DNA from: a virus
Lineage: Duplodnaviria > Caudoviricetes
Strand: one strand, 5' to 3'
Virus record (IMG/VR): IMGVR_UViG_2660237942_000001
Location: 7,301-71,300 of that record
DNA length: 64,000 nt
The notes beneath the pieces were generated by a model, which saw only the letters and a list, made by a program, of their open reading frames with translations, did not search any database and was not told the origin of the DNA. Shown piece by piece: positions 8,578 through 17,216 of the stretch (positions within the stretch are counted from its first letter, which is position 1; each line of letters starts with the position of its first letter). Made by a program: the position numbers and the translations under genes.

Positions 8578-9371
8578 TTATTGACTCATTGATGATTGAA
8601 CGGGCAAAACAAGCGGCACGCCGTGAAGGTGCTGATGTGGACCATCTTCCAGACACGCCAGAAGGCATTGCTGAACATTTAGCTAAACGTGATGCTCAAA
8701 CGGTTGCTAAGAGCCTTGAAGAAATTGCTGATAAAAAGGCTAGATACTACTTCGATAACTCTTTATGGAGCGGTGACGTTGAACTGAAGTTTACGTTTAG
8801 CGACTGGAAAACTGATAGTCAACAAAATGCAGAAGAAGCTAAACGATTAGGCAATCAAGCCTTTAGTATTGCTAAACAGCTTACTCAAGAAGATTTTAAC
8901 GTGGCTTTGTTAGGCCAAGCAGGAGTGGGTAAAACTTCACTAGCGTTAGCGATTATGTATGCGTTGCAAGAAAAAGGAAAGTCAGTAATTTTTGTTTCGA
9001 CCATGGAGCTGCTTAAACTGCTACAAAACAAATACGACTTTCCAGAGCTAGCAAGAAAAATTGAAGATGTTAAACGGTCAATGGTCGAGGCTGACGTGGT
9101 CGTTTTAGATGATCTTGGCACTGAAGCCGGTAAGAAAGACGGTAACGTCAGATCGGTTCATAAAGACCTACAGGACTTCCTGTATCAGATCGCTAATGCC
9201 AGGGTTGATTTTGCAAATAACCAGTCTAGAGGATCAATGATTATTACCTCGAATAACAAAGGCACAGAGCTAGTTAGAATGTACGACCCTAAGTTAATAG
9301 ATCGAATTTTTACTAAGAATCCAGAGCATCAACTTAGTTTTGAAAACATGAAAGGAGTACGTAACGTATGA
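8562..9371 (+). CDS. DnaC/IstB-like ATPase (helicase loader)
   Basis: Walker A GQAGVGKT; Walker B VVVLDDLGTE. Confidence 0.9.
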   Translation: MVRPMIIDSLMIERAKQAARREGADVDHLPDTPEGIAEHLAKRDAQTVAKSLEEIADKKARYYFDNSLWSGDVELKFTFSDWKTDSQQNAEEAKRLGNQAFSIAKQLTQEDFNVALLGQAGVGKTSLALAIMYALQEKGKSVIFVSTMELLKLLQNKYDFPELARKIEDVKRSMVEADVVVLDDLGTEAGKKDGNVRSVHKDLQDFLYQIANARVDFANNQSRGSMIITSNNKGTELVRMYDPKLIDRIFTKNPEHQLSFENMKGVRNV

Positions 9372-9586
9372 AAGTTAGAGCTTACGACGGACACTTGGTA
9401 TCTGTTGAACCTAAGTGCCCAATGTGTAATGGAACTCACGTTTTACAGACGGGCCCAGAGTTTGAAATGACTGCAGAACCTTGCCCAGTATGTGGGCCAA
9501 TCAGTCAAGAAGAGTCACACAGAAGAATTGAAGCCATTAGAAAGGAATGGGCGCCATATGCGCCTAAGGAAAAGGTCAATGTTTAA
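9368..9586 (+). CDS. Small Zn-finger protein
   Basis: CPMC and CPVC pairs. Confidence 0.65.
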   Translation: MKVRAYDGHLVSVEPKCPMCNGTHVLQTGPEFEMTAEPCPVCGPISQEESHRRIEAIRKEWAPYAPKEKVNV

Positions 9587-9803
9587 AGCAGTGGGTAGCA
9601 AAACACATAAAACTTATCTCGTGGCAAATACCTACGAGGCAGTTCACCGCTTGCTTAAAGATATGTTTCCGTCAGTGAAATACCCTAAGCGATACAATCT
9701 GGACCCTAATCGCTATGGAAACGGCAAAGTGATGAATCCAATTTATCCAGAACCGATGTACATCATTCAAGTAAAGGACGGGTGGCCAACACATGCCAAT
9801 TAA
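9579..9803 (+). CDS. Hypothetical phage protein
   Basis: Coupled ORF; likely start MFKAVG at 9579. Confidence 0.55.
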   Translation: MFKAVGSKTHKTYLVANTYEAVHRLLKDMFPSVKYPKRYNLDPNRYGNGKVMNPIYPEPMYIIQVKDGWPTHAN

Positions 9804-10227
9804 AATCAAAGATTCAACAGTTTACGAATGTTACGACAGTGCCAAGTGTGAGTACGGGGATAGTAAATGGCAAGCTCTGCTTGAAGCTTTCGCTGGTGAA
9901 ATTAATGATCTTGCCGATGGAACAGAGATGAGTGCAAATGACATCTTAAAGGTTACTGACGCAATTCTTCGTGGTGTCGATGTTGAGTTGGAAGAAGAAA
10001 AGAGGTACTGCATGGCTTTTGAAACGTACGACATTGCCACGAAAGAATTTCAAACAAGGTGTGCAGAGATAATTAAAGATATTAATGGATTCCCCTATGT
10101 ATCAATGCAGGGATGCAATGAATTTAAAGCGACCAAAAAAGAATGGAATGAGGCATTTAAAAATACACCTTACTTGAATATTAATAATTTTGACTTGAGG
10201 GTTAATGATTTTAGAAAAGGTTTATGA
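9793..10227 (+). CDS. Hypothetical phage protein
   Basis: Coupled ORF in the early operon. Confidence 0.6.
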   Translation: MPIKIKDSTVYECYDSAKCEYGDSKWQALLEAFAGEINDLADGTEMSANDILKVTDAILRGVDVELEEEKRYCMAFETYDIATKEFQTRCAEIIKDINGFPYVSMQGCNEFKATKKEWNEAFKNTPYLNINNFDLRVNDFRKGL

Positions 10228-10616
10228 AGATGACTAGTCCAACAGCTAATAAAATAATTATTCCCGGTGAATTACCTACGCTAAACGAGTATTCGGACGC
10301 TGAACGAGGCAATAAGTACCACGGAAGTAATTTAAAGCGTGCTAATACAGCTCTATGTTCCATGTGTGTTAAAGCAGCGATGAACAAGGGGTTAACGGTT
10401 GACGGTAAGATCGATATTCATTGCCATTGGTACATGAAAAATCGCAAAAAGGACAAAGACAATATCCGCTTTGCTATCAAATTTATTCAAGACGGCATGA
10501 TGAAAGCAGGATTGATTAAAAATGATGGCTGGAAACAGATTGGCGATTACTTCGATGAGTTTTCTGTAGATAAAGAGAATCCACGCATTGAGGTAGAAAT
10601 TACGCCACATGAATAA
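10224..10616 (+). CDS. rusA: RusA-like Holliday junction resolvase
   Basis: DKDNIRFAIKFIQDGMMKAGLIKNDGWKQI catalytic motif. Confidence 0.85.
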   Translation: MKMTSPTANKIIIPGELPTLNEYSDAERGNKYHGSNLKRANTALCSMCVKAAMNKGLTVDGKIDIHCHWYMKNRKKDKDNIRFAIKFIQDGMMKAGLIKNDGWKQIGDYFDEFSVDKENPRIEVEITPHE

Positions 10617-10634
10617 ACCGGAGGAGGTTAAACG

Positions 10635-11324
10635 TTGTTTGCCAAAATAATTAGCCTGCAGGGCAATCAAGTAACCTTACAGCTAGATGACGAATTGAAT
10701 ATGGATCAGCTCCAGCGATTCGCCAATGGCAAGCAACCAACCGCTGAGCTGATAATTCAAGATGAGCGGTTAATTAGCCCAGACCAACGCAAAAAGATAT
10801 TCGCTTTGATTCACGATGTGAGCCAGTTTACCGGATATGACGAAAGAGATACCGAGATGGAATTAAAGTATCGCTACTACGCTAAGACGGGCGCTGACAG
10901 CTTTTCAATGTCTAACTGTGATATGACTACGGCTAATCAGTTTCTAACGTTTATATTGGACTTCTGCTTTGAATGGGATATTCCTTTTAGAACTAAATTG
11001 TGGGATTCAATCCCAACCGATTACCACTTAGCTGTTCAGTGCTTGAGGTATCGAAAATGTGTGATTTGTGGCAAGCCAGCAGACGTTCATCACTTTACTG
11101 CTGTTGGTAATCGCAGCCGGAAGTTAGTTGATCACCGTAAGTTGTGGTTCATGGCATTGTGTAGGTCGTGCCATTCTTCGATCCACAACATGGGCGCTAA
11201 GCAGTTCATGTTAAAGCACCATATTCGGCCCGTTAGGTTGTCCGACGATGACCTGATCCGGCTACATATCATGACAAGAAAACGAATGGATGAAATAGAT
11301 GAGGAGGTAGCCTATGACTCGTAA
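10635..11324 (+). CDS. Putative HNHc nuclease (DUF968-like)
   Basis: ISPDQRKKI...CVICGKPADVHH...ALCRSCH. Confidence 0.8.
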   Translation: MFAKIISLQGNQVTLQLDDELNMDQLQRFANGKQPTAELIIQDERLISPDQRKKIFALIHDVSQFTGYDERDTEMELKYRYYAKTGADSFSMSNCDMTTANQFLTFILDFCFEWDIPFRTKLWDSIPTDYHLAVQCLRYRKCVICGKPADVHHFTAVGNRSRKLVDHRKLWFMALCRSCHSSIHNMGAKQFMLKHHIRPVRLSDDDLIRLHIMTRKRMDEIDEEVAYDS

Positions 11325-11931
11325 TGCTTGGGATCAGAACCATATCAAAAAGCTTAAAAGAAAACTAATTCTGGATCCGGATACCAACGAAGTACTAAAT
11401 CTTTCAGAATGCGCGTCTGAATTTGATATTGCTAAAACTACAATGCGTAGGAGGATTATCGAACTGCGAAAGGTTGGAGAACTTCCTAAGATCAACAAGC
11501 GTAACCAATTCGATGAGTATAACCGTCCATATTCTGATAGTGAACTAAAATCAATTTCTCAAATGTTCGAATATGGCTGTAGTAATGAAGAAGTTGCTCA
11601 GCGTTTCAATCGAACAATTAAAGGTATTTCATTTTTACGCAGTAAATTAATTCATCAAAACAAGATCAATTACGTTTGCCAACCGTGGTCTGACGATGAG
11701 GATAGATGGCTGTTAGAGCATATCGAGCTGGATGCTAATAATATAGTTTCCAACACTCAAGAGATCGTTAAAAGGTCAGAACGATCTAAGAACGCTATAG
11801 AACATCGAATTCATAAGCTAAGAGTTGCGGGAAAGATTCCATCAACGACTAAAAGAGGAGCTTCAGATCCCGGAATTAAAAGGTGGCTGGATTCAGAAAA
11901 AGAAATTAACCAATGGATTTTTTCAAACTAG
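11314..11931 (+). CDS. Multi-HTH/Myb-like repeat DNA-binding protein
   Basis: Repeated PYSDSE/PWSDDED...RT/RS motifs. Confidence 0.6.
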   Translation: MTRNAWDQNHIKKLKRKLILDPDTNEVLNLSECASEFDIAKTTMRRRIIELRKVGELPKINKRNQFDEYNRPYSDSELKSISQMFEYGCSNEEVAQRFNRTIKGISFLRSKLIHQNKINYVCQPWSDDEDRWLLEHIELDANNIVSNTQEIVKRSERSKNAIEHRIHKLRVAGKIPSTTKRGASDPGIKRWLDSEKEINQWIFSN

Positions 11932-11943
11932 TGGAGGAAGACG

Positions 11944-12264
11944 ATGGCTAAAAATAAGCGAAATAAGGGTCGGACATATACGGGATCTACCGATATGAAC
12001 GGACGCAAAATTTATGTAGGTGATTTTGTAGAGTACTGTAACACCGCTCCGATCGTTTCTATGCTTTATCGAAGTGTAGTTCAAGAAAAAGATGGCAGTT
12101 ACACAATGGTGTTTGAGGGTGGACGATCAAAAATGATTCCCGGAAGAATACCGTATACGATCAATTACGGTGAGTTCAGTCGTGTAGATCCAAATCTTTT
12201 GACCACCGATAGAAAGTACACATTTATTGAATTGCCTAAGAATCCGGAATTACTGGAGGGGTAG
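11944..12264 (+). CDS. YopX-family protein
   Basis: TGSTDMNGRKIYVGDFV and terminal NPELLEG. Confidence 0.75.
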   Translation: MAKNKRNKGRTYTGSTDMNGRKIYVGDFVEYCNTAPIVSMLYRSVVQEKDGSYTMVFEGGRSKMIPGRIPYTINYGEFSRVDPNLLTTDRKYTFIELPKNPELLEG

Positions 12265-12299
12265 TTGCGTCGTAAGAATGGCAATTAAATATCTATTTT

Positions 12300-12545
12300 A
12301 TGGAGGAAATCATGTCATACGCCATTATCAACAAACGTACTAAGAAGTATGTATACGGAACTGACTACAGCCGTGACCATGTCACTAAAGATGGCAAGCA
12401 TACTAAAAATCAATTTACATCATTTGGCAGTGCCATTGTGTATGCAGATCTACGAGGAGCAGAACGTGGTTTTGAACATCGTGGGTGCGGTCAGGGCTAC
12501 GAAATTCAAGAAGTAAAAATCTTACCAGTAGGAGGAAAACAATGA
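12300..12545 (+). CDS. Hypothetical phage protein
   Basis: ORF with SD in the early operon. Confidence 0.6.
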   Translation: MEEIMSYAIINKRTKKYVYGTDYSRDHVTKDGKHTKNQFTSFGSAIVYADLRGAERGFEHRGCGQGYEIQEVKILPVGGKQ

Positions 12546-12703
12546 TTGAGTTAAAACTTGGGCTTGTTATTGTTCAACTGTTACTGTTGATTGCACAGAT
12601 AACTTTAGGAATTTGTTTTATAGATAAGCAATGGGCAATGAACGTTTCATCAGGAATAGCTATCACTAATGTTCTAATTTTAGTAATCGTTTTGATCATT
12701 TAA
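12542..12703 (+). CDS. Small two-TM membrane protein
   Basis: GGAGG SD before MIELKLGLVIV at 12542. Confidence 0.6.
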   Translation: MIELKLGLVIVQLLLLIAQITLGICFIDKQWAMNVSSGIAITNVLILVIVLII

Positions 12704-12713
12704 AGGAGTAGAA

Positions 12714-12986
12714 ATGGGTAAAAAATATGTATTATTGCTTTCTCCCACTGTTGACTATATAGCCACTCATAGCGGTGATACGCGTGAATGGGTGACCGAT
12801 AGTCATCATATTCCATTCCAAGTAACTAATTATGATTCGGAATTTGCTTGGTTGATTGATCATGAGGGGACACCGCAATTTACTTCATGGCCTTGGAGAG
12901 ACAATTACGCTTTAACACAACGGCAAATCGATAGGATTAACAGCCAATTTGGCTTTGATCTGAATGAAATCAAGGTAGCAATTTAA
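12714..12986 (+). CDS. Hypothetical phage protein
   Basis: AAGGAG SD; followed by a terminator-like hairpin at ~13005-13030. Confidence 0.6.
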   Translation: MGKKYVLLLSPTVDYIATHSGDTREWVTDSHHIPFQVTNYDSEFAWLIDHEGTPQFTSWPWRDNYALTQRQIDRINSQFGFDLNEIKVAI

Positions 12987-13119
12987 TAGCATTTTTTTGT
13001 ACAAAAAAAGCCGCCCCGGCAGGCGACTTAGTAGTTGTTAATAATCGAATTAAGTTACATCTTATTTTACCATATTTGTTGCTATATACAAAGACGCTAA
13101 ATACAGGGGTGTAACTACA

Positions 13120-13554
13120 TTGGACGATTTATCAGCAAGCTTATTTCCCGAGGTGAATCGGGAAGCAACTATTAACAACTGCAAACATTTTTTCAACGTA
13201 ACATTTCCACGCATGGTGCGAATCAGTGGTGTATCTGTAGCCATACTTAAGTCGCCAAGTAGTGATGGAATGCCTAAAGCACAAAATACCGAAAACTCAA
13301 TGGAACGGCGGATTGTTCAACGACTAACGGCGGAACAGATTGTTAAGCGGACTATTGAAGCCATTGGTCATTGTGATCAGCGCTCAAAAGAAGTATTAGA
13401 TTTACTCTACTTAGAAGACTACTCCGACACGATGTGTTTTATGCACATTGGATATAGTCGATCACATTATTTTGATGTAGTGAAGCCAGAAGCCTTACTG
13501 CAATTCGCAGACTGCTACATGATGGATGATCTACATATCTATAAGGAGAATTAA
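13120..13554 (+). CDS. ArpU-family late transcriptional activator
   Basis: EVNREATINNC...ILKSPSSDGMPK...YSRSHYFDVVKPEALLQFAD. Confidence 0.9.
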   Translation: MDDLSASLFPEVNREATINNCKHFFNVTFPRMVRISGVSVAILKSPSSDGMPKAQNTENSMERRIVQRLTAEQIVKRTIEAIGHCDQRSKEVLDLLYLEDYSDTMCFMHIGYSRSHYFDVVKPEALLQFADCYMMDDLHIYKEN

Positions 13555-13888
13555 TTTGGATAAAAGTAAAGCTGCACAAGAACTATTAAACACGCTCAAC
13601 GATGGGGCAAAACAATTACCAGAAACAGTTAAGATGTTCGTCCATCAATATCAAATTTGGGGGATAGTTCAATCCGTAATTGCAGGAATAATCTTGCTAG
13701 CAATCATAATTATTTTAGTTTTGATGGCTATTAAAGTATCAAAGGATGAATTTTTTGATTGGGAAGAGTTTGCTATTTCTGGTTGTATAGCATTTATTCC
13801 AATCGTAATTGATTTTATTTGGCTTATGGTTTCTCTTTATGAAGCAACTGTTCCGGAATTGTCATTAATACAATCAATTCTTGGATAA
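13555..13888 (+). CDS. Two-TM membrane protein
   Basis: AGGAG SD before TTG 13555; two hydrophobic helices. Confidence 0.6.
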
Positions 13889-13891
13889 AAA

Positions 13892-13965
13892 ACCAGACTC
13901 TGACCGGACTTTTACCGGACTATGACCAGTCTCACGATACGAAAAAGGGGATTATATTAGTAGCA
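13892..13965 (+). promoter_or_regulatory. Putative late promoter: four 8-bp boxes at 11-bp period, then a -10-like TATATT
   Basis: ACCAGACT 13892, ACCGGACT 13903, ACCGGACT 13914, ACCAGTCT 13925. Confidence 0.7.
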
Positions 13966-13989
13966 TCGAAAGATAAAGTTATATCCCTA

Positions 13990-14713
13990 GTTGTCGCTAG
14001 GAGCTATTAAGCCGGTTCGATTCCGACTGACAACATTTGCCAATGGCAAAAACTTCTTAGCCATGACCGGACTGTCTGACGGTTCGACTCCGTCACATGG
14101 CTTTGCTGCTGTGATACTACTTACTGATTTTGCATTACTGAGTCCTCCAGACTATGTTAATTTTTCACTCCTTTCTGAAATTAGATATATATATAAATAC
14201 AATCCAGCAGCAGTGACGTGACCGGTGATAGTTGTAGGTTCAACTCCTACACACGTTATAGCCCCGCAAAAATAATCGAAACAACTCTAGGGGCAACATG
14301 AGGTATTAAACGGCTATGATAGCTTGCAGGCATTTGCCGGGTTATATGCAAGGTTCGATTCCTTGCTACCTCATTGGGGGAGCCACACTGGCGTCGGAAT
14401 GCTGGTAGCGTGCGATGATCCCTTGGGTGAGCGACATTTTGATTTTAGTGTAGAAATCAAGGCAACCTCGTAAGCTGACTTTTGTCGCCAAGACCCCAGA
14501 AGTACCATGTGCTAGGAGCGGTTGCCGATACAACCAAAGGTTCGAGTCCTTTACATGGTGTAGATCATAAGCGATCCGAATAACAATCGAGGAGGAATCC
14601 CTCTTTTGTAAAAATTAACACGCTCATGGTCAAACTCGCTACAAACAAAAATAAAATAACGTGTCGTACTCATAAGCAACGGCGAGGTAAGGGACTGGGG
14701 ACAGTCCTTTTTT
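13990..14713 (+). ncRNA. Structured non-coding region with five tRNA-like units and closed-stem spacers
   Basis: T-arm hairpins with TTC(G/A)A(T/C/G)T loops stacked on 7-8 bp acceptor-like stems at 13990-14035, 14059-14103, 14213-14259, 14298-14374, 14503-14560. Confidence 0.7.
14689..14713 (+). terminator. Intrinsic terminator
   Basis: GGACTG-GGGA-CAGTCC followed by a T-run. Confidence 0.75.
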
Positions 14714-14768
14714 GATATGATAGAAAAATCATAATATTCTTGGTAAGATAAATTAACAAACGTTTAAG

Positions 14769-15800
14769 GTGGTTATTAATTTGTCTTATTATGATATGCA
14801 AAATTATTCTTTAGCAAGTTCCTCAGTATTAAATGGAAATGAGCAACTAGAAATAAGTATATTCGGAAATAACAAACAACGGTGTTTTTATTTTATTTGG
14901 GGAATTATTTCTGAAGGTATTAACTATTTTGGAAATCTAATTGGATTGACGATGGAACAAAAAGTAATCGATTCTCCATTAAATTTTTATGTTCTTTATA
15001 ACATTGGCGACAAAGCTAGGATCTATTTTTCTTCTGATAAAGCTATTAGGGGAATAAGTACTGTTTATTTTGATGGCAGTGTAAAGCAAGAACAAAGCAG
15101 CCTGAACTTAATGTCAGGAATTAACTTTAATGATTACGTAGATATAAATGTCAATGATATCAAAGAAATTAGTAATGAAATCGCCAATGCTGATGATAAA
15201 GATTTAAAAACTAACTCATGGATAGTTAGTCATAACGAAAGCTTATATTTAAGTATTTTTAATTCTACAAAATCTACGGTAATTAGAATCATTGAAAGAG
15301 GTAAGAAAATGCAGTTTAATCCTATATTTAAGGCAAGAGATTTAACGATTGACGATAAAATGGTATTTGGAATTCTTCAATTTGATGATGATCGTTTGGA
15401 ATTTTTTAATAGTTTTATAAAACCTATCATTGAAAATGAGTTTAATTTGAACGTTATTAAATCAGGAGATATCTTTGATGCAAGTAGTCCTAGTATTATG
15501 GAAAATATTTGGGTATACATTAATACTTCAAAATTTATTATTTGCGATTTAAGTGGCAAAAATCCAAACGTTTTTTATGAACTAGGAATAGCTAATACTA
15601 TTGGGAAACCAGTTATCACAATTTGTGATACAGACTCATTTGAAAAAGATTATGATGGTAAGTTACCATTTGATATTTCATCAAATACTACTATTTTTTA
15701 TAAAAATACAGCAGTTGGTGCTGAAAAATTTAAAGCAGATTTAAAAGCAACCGTAAAGTCCGTTATTACAGGACAACCAGTAATCAAAAGATTAAGTTAA
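14769..15800 (+). CDS. Unknown N-terminal domain fused to a nucleoside 2-deoxyribosyltransferase-like domain; candidate defence protein
   Basis: IMENIWVYINTSKFIICDLSGKNPNVFYELGIANTIGKPVI...LPFDI; very AT-rich. Confidence 0.75.
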   Translation: MVINLSYYDMQNYSLASSSVLNGNEQLEISIFGNNKQRCFYFIWGIISEGINYFGNLIGLTMEQKVIDSPLNFYVLYNIGDKARIYFSSDKAIRGISTVYFDGSVKQEQSSLNLMSGINFNDYVDINVNDIKEISNEIANADDKDLKTNSWIVSHNESLYLSIFNSTKSTVIRIIERGKKMQFNPIFKARDLTIDDKMVFGILQFDDDRLEFFNSFIKPIIENEFNLNVIKSGDIFDASSPSIMENIWVYINTSKFIICDLSGKNPNVFYELGIANTIGKPVITICDTDSFEKDYDGKLPFDISSNTTIFYKNTAVGAEKFKADLKATVKSVITGQPVIKRLS

Positions 15801-15858
15801 CAGCCTCCGGGCTGTTTTTTTGTACTAAAAAAGCCAGACTAATTGTCTGGTTTTGATG
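15801..15858. terminator. Back-to-back terminators for the convergent moron and hicB
   Basis: CAGCCTCCGGGCTG-T7 and AAAAAGCCAGACTAATTGTCTGGTTTT. Confidence 0.7.
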
Positions 15859-16305
15859 TTATTTATTTACTTTTTTCTCAACGATGGCATCGGTTAAAGT
15901 TTCGGAAAAATTGAGCTTTAAATCTTTGCCTAACTTATCAGCCCATTTGGGAATAGTTAGAGTTTTCTTGACGGGTTTTTGACTGTCGAGATATTCGTTT
16001 AGGTTAACAGTAACCATGGATTTGAACGATCTAGCAGGATCGTACTCTAAATCAAAGTCATCGTCATCTTTAAATGGGTCGTTATCTGATAGAGATAGCT
16101 TATTAATATCCGATGGTTTAGGCAAATCTTTACCATCTTCTATTAATGAAGATACCACGAGACCTAACCAATCAGATGCCATATACATAGCGTCTGAAAC
16201 GTCTTCTCCTTGAGTTGCAGAGTTTTCAAAGTCTGGAAAGTGAACAAAGTATCCCGGAGTTTCTGATTCATCATAATAAAATAAAGCAGGGTAAGTTACT
16301 AACAT
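15859..16305 (-). CDS. hicB: HicB-family antitoxin
   Basis: YPALF...YFVHFPDFENSATQGEDVSDAMYMA; C-terminal KKTLTIPKW...LNFS. Confidence 0.9.
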   Translation of the reverse strand: MLVTYPALFYYDESETPGYFVHFPDFENSATQGEDVSDAMYMASDWLGLVVSSLIEDGKDLPKPSDINKLSLSDNDPFKDDDDFDLEYDPARSFKSMVTVNLNEYLDSQKPVKKTLTIPKWADKLGKDLKLNFSETLTDAIVEKKVNK

Positions 16306-16339
16306 AATTAATCCTCCTTAGATATGCCAAAGAAGCTGA

Positions 16340-16558
16340 CTATAGTAGTCCAGCTTCTTTTTTAATGCCTCGCTCGGTGTATTTATTTAATTCACCGTGA
16401 GGCACTGTAATGGGTCGGAAGCCGGGTTTATCCATTTTAATATGGGAACCTTTGCCACCGTCGGTTTTAGTCCAACCGTGACTTTTAAGCAACTTCACCA
16501 TGGCTTTTTGTGTCATTGGCATGTGCACTATACCTCCTGACAAGATATATTGTCGCAC
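16340..16558 (-). CDS. hicA: HicA-family mRNA interferase toxin (true start probably MPMTQK)
   Basis: LLKSHGW...GKGSHIKM...ITVPHGEL. Confidence 0.9.
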   Translation of the reverse strand: MRQYILSGGIVHMPMTQKAMVKLLKSHGWTKTDGGKGSHIKMDKPGFRPITVPHGELNKYTERGIKKEAGLL

Positions 16559-16569
16559 GTGTTACACGT
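16557..16569. promoter_or_regulatory. Palindromic operator in the hicAB promoter
   Basis: ACGTGT-T-ACACGT next to a minus-strand TTGACA. Confidence 0.6.
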
Positions 16570-16608
16570 ATTGTCAATTAAAACACTTAAAAAAGAAAGG
16601 AAATTTAT

Positions 16609-16830
16609 ATGCGAAAACTAAAGTTACATAGTTTACACGATGACGGCCATGCGCTGCTTTACCAGTTACTAGATGTCTGCACAGAAAAGGCTATGGCAAG
16701 TGTAGAACTGGATATTGATTACAGTAAAAAGCACGCTCCGTTATTTATCCAAGGCAAGCGTGTTAGAAGTGGCGACATTGCTCTTTATAACGAGGACAAG
16801 TTGGTGATTCATCATGTCAAGCATGACTAA
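16609..16830 (+). CDS. Hypothetical protein
   Basis: AAGGA SD; 73 aa. Confidence 0.55.
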   Translation: MRKLKLHSLHDDGHALLYQLLDVCTEKAMASVELDIDYSKKHAPLFIQGKRVRSGDIALYNEDKLVIHHVKHD

Positions 16831-16964
16831 AGTGGATGGCTACTACGCCAGCTGGGAAGAAGTTAGAGAAGATCGTAAGCTACAACGTGAGTTAGATGAG
16901 AAGAGGAAGCTAGCTAAATCAAGTAAGAAAAAGAATAAAAATAAAAGGGGCGAGGTGAAGTTCA

Positions 16965-17162
16965 ATGGGATTCGTTAATAAATTGGCGTGGTTCATATTA
17001 CTAGCATTGATTTTATGTAAGGCATTAGGGTGGACCACTATCACGTGGTTGCCAATAATTATTTATGGTGGCATTTTACTAGTGCTAAATATTTTTGTTG
17101 TGGCTTTCGTTGTTTTAGTTGCAGCCGCTATGTCTTATGAAAAGAAACATAAAAATGAATAA
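16965..17162 (+). CDS. Small membrane protein
   Basis: Two hydrophobic helices; GAGGTG SD. Confidence 0.6.
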   Translation: MGFVNKLAWFILLALILCKALGWTTITWLPIIIYGGILLVLNIFVVAFVVLVAAAMSYEKKHKNE

Positions 17163-17216
17163 TATGTAGCCACGGTGTTTACTATTTGATACTCTTGAAT
17201 TAATAATTATTTAGGA

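Noticed and set aside
13991-14221. 76-aa ORF across the tRNA-like array
   Set aside because: No convincing RBS or protein motif; the sequence is better explained by RNA structure
14298-14374. Unit 4 as a functional tRNA gene
   Set aside because: tRNA length, but no canonical D stem or 5-bp/7-nt anticodon arm could be drawn, so no tRNA feature was called
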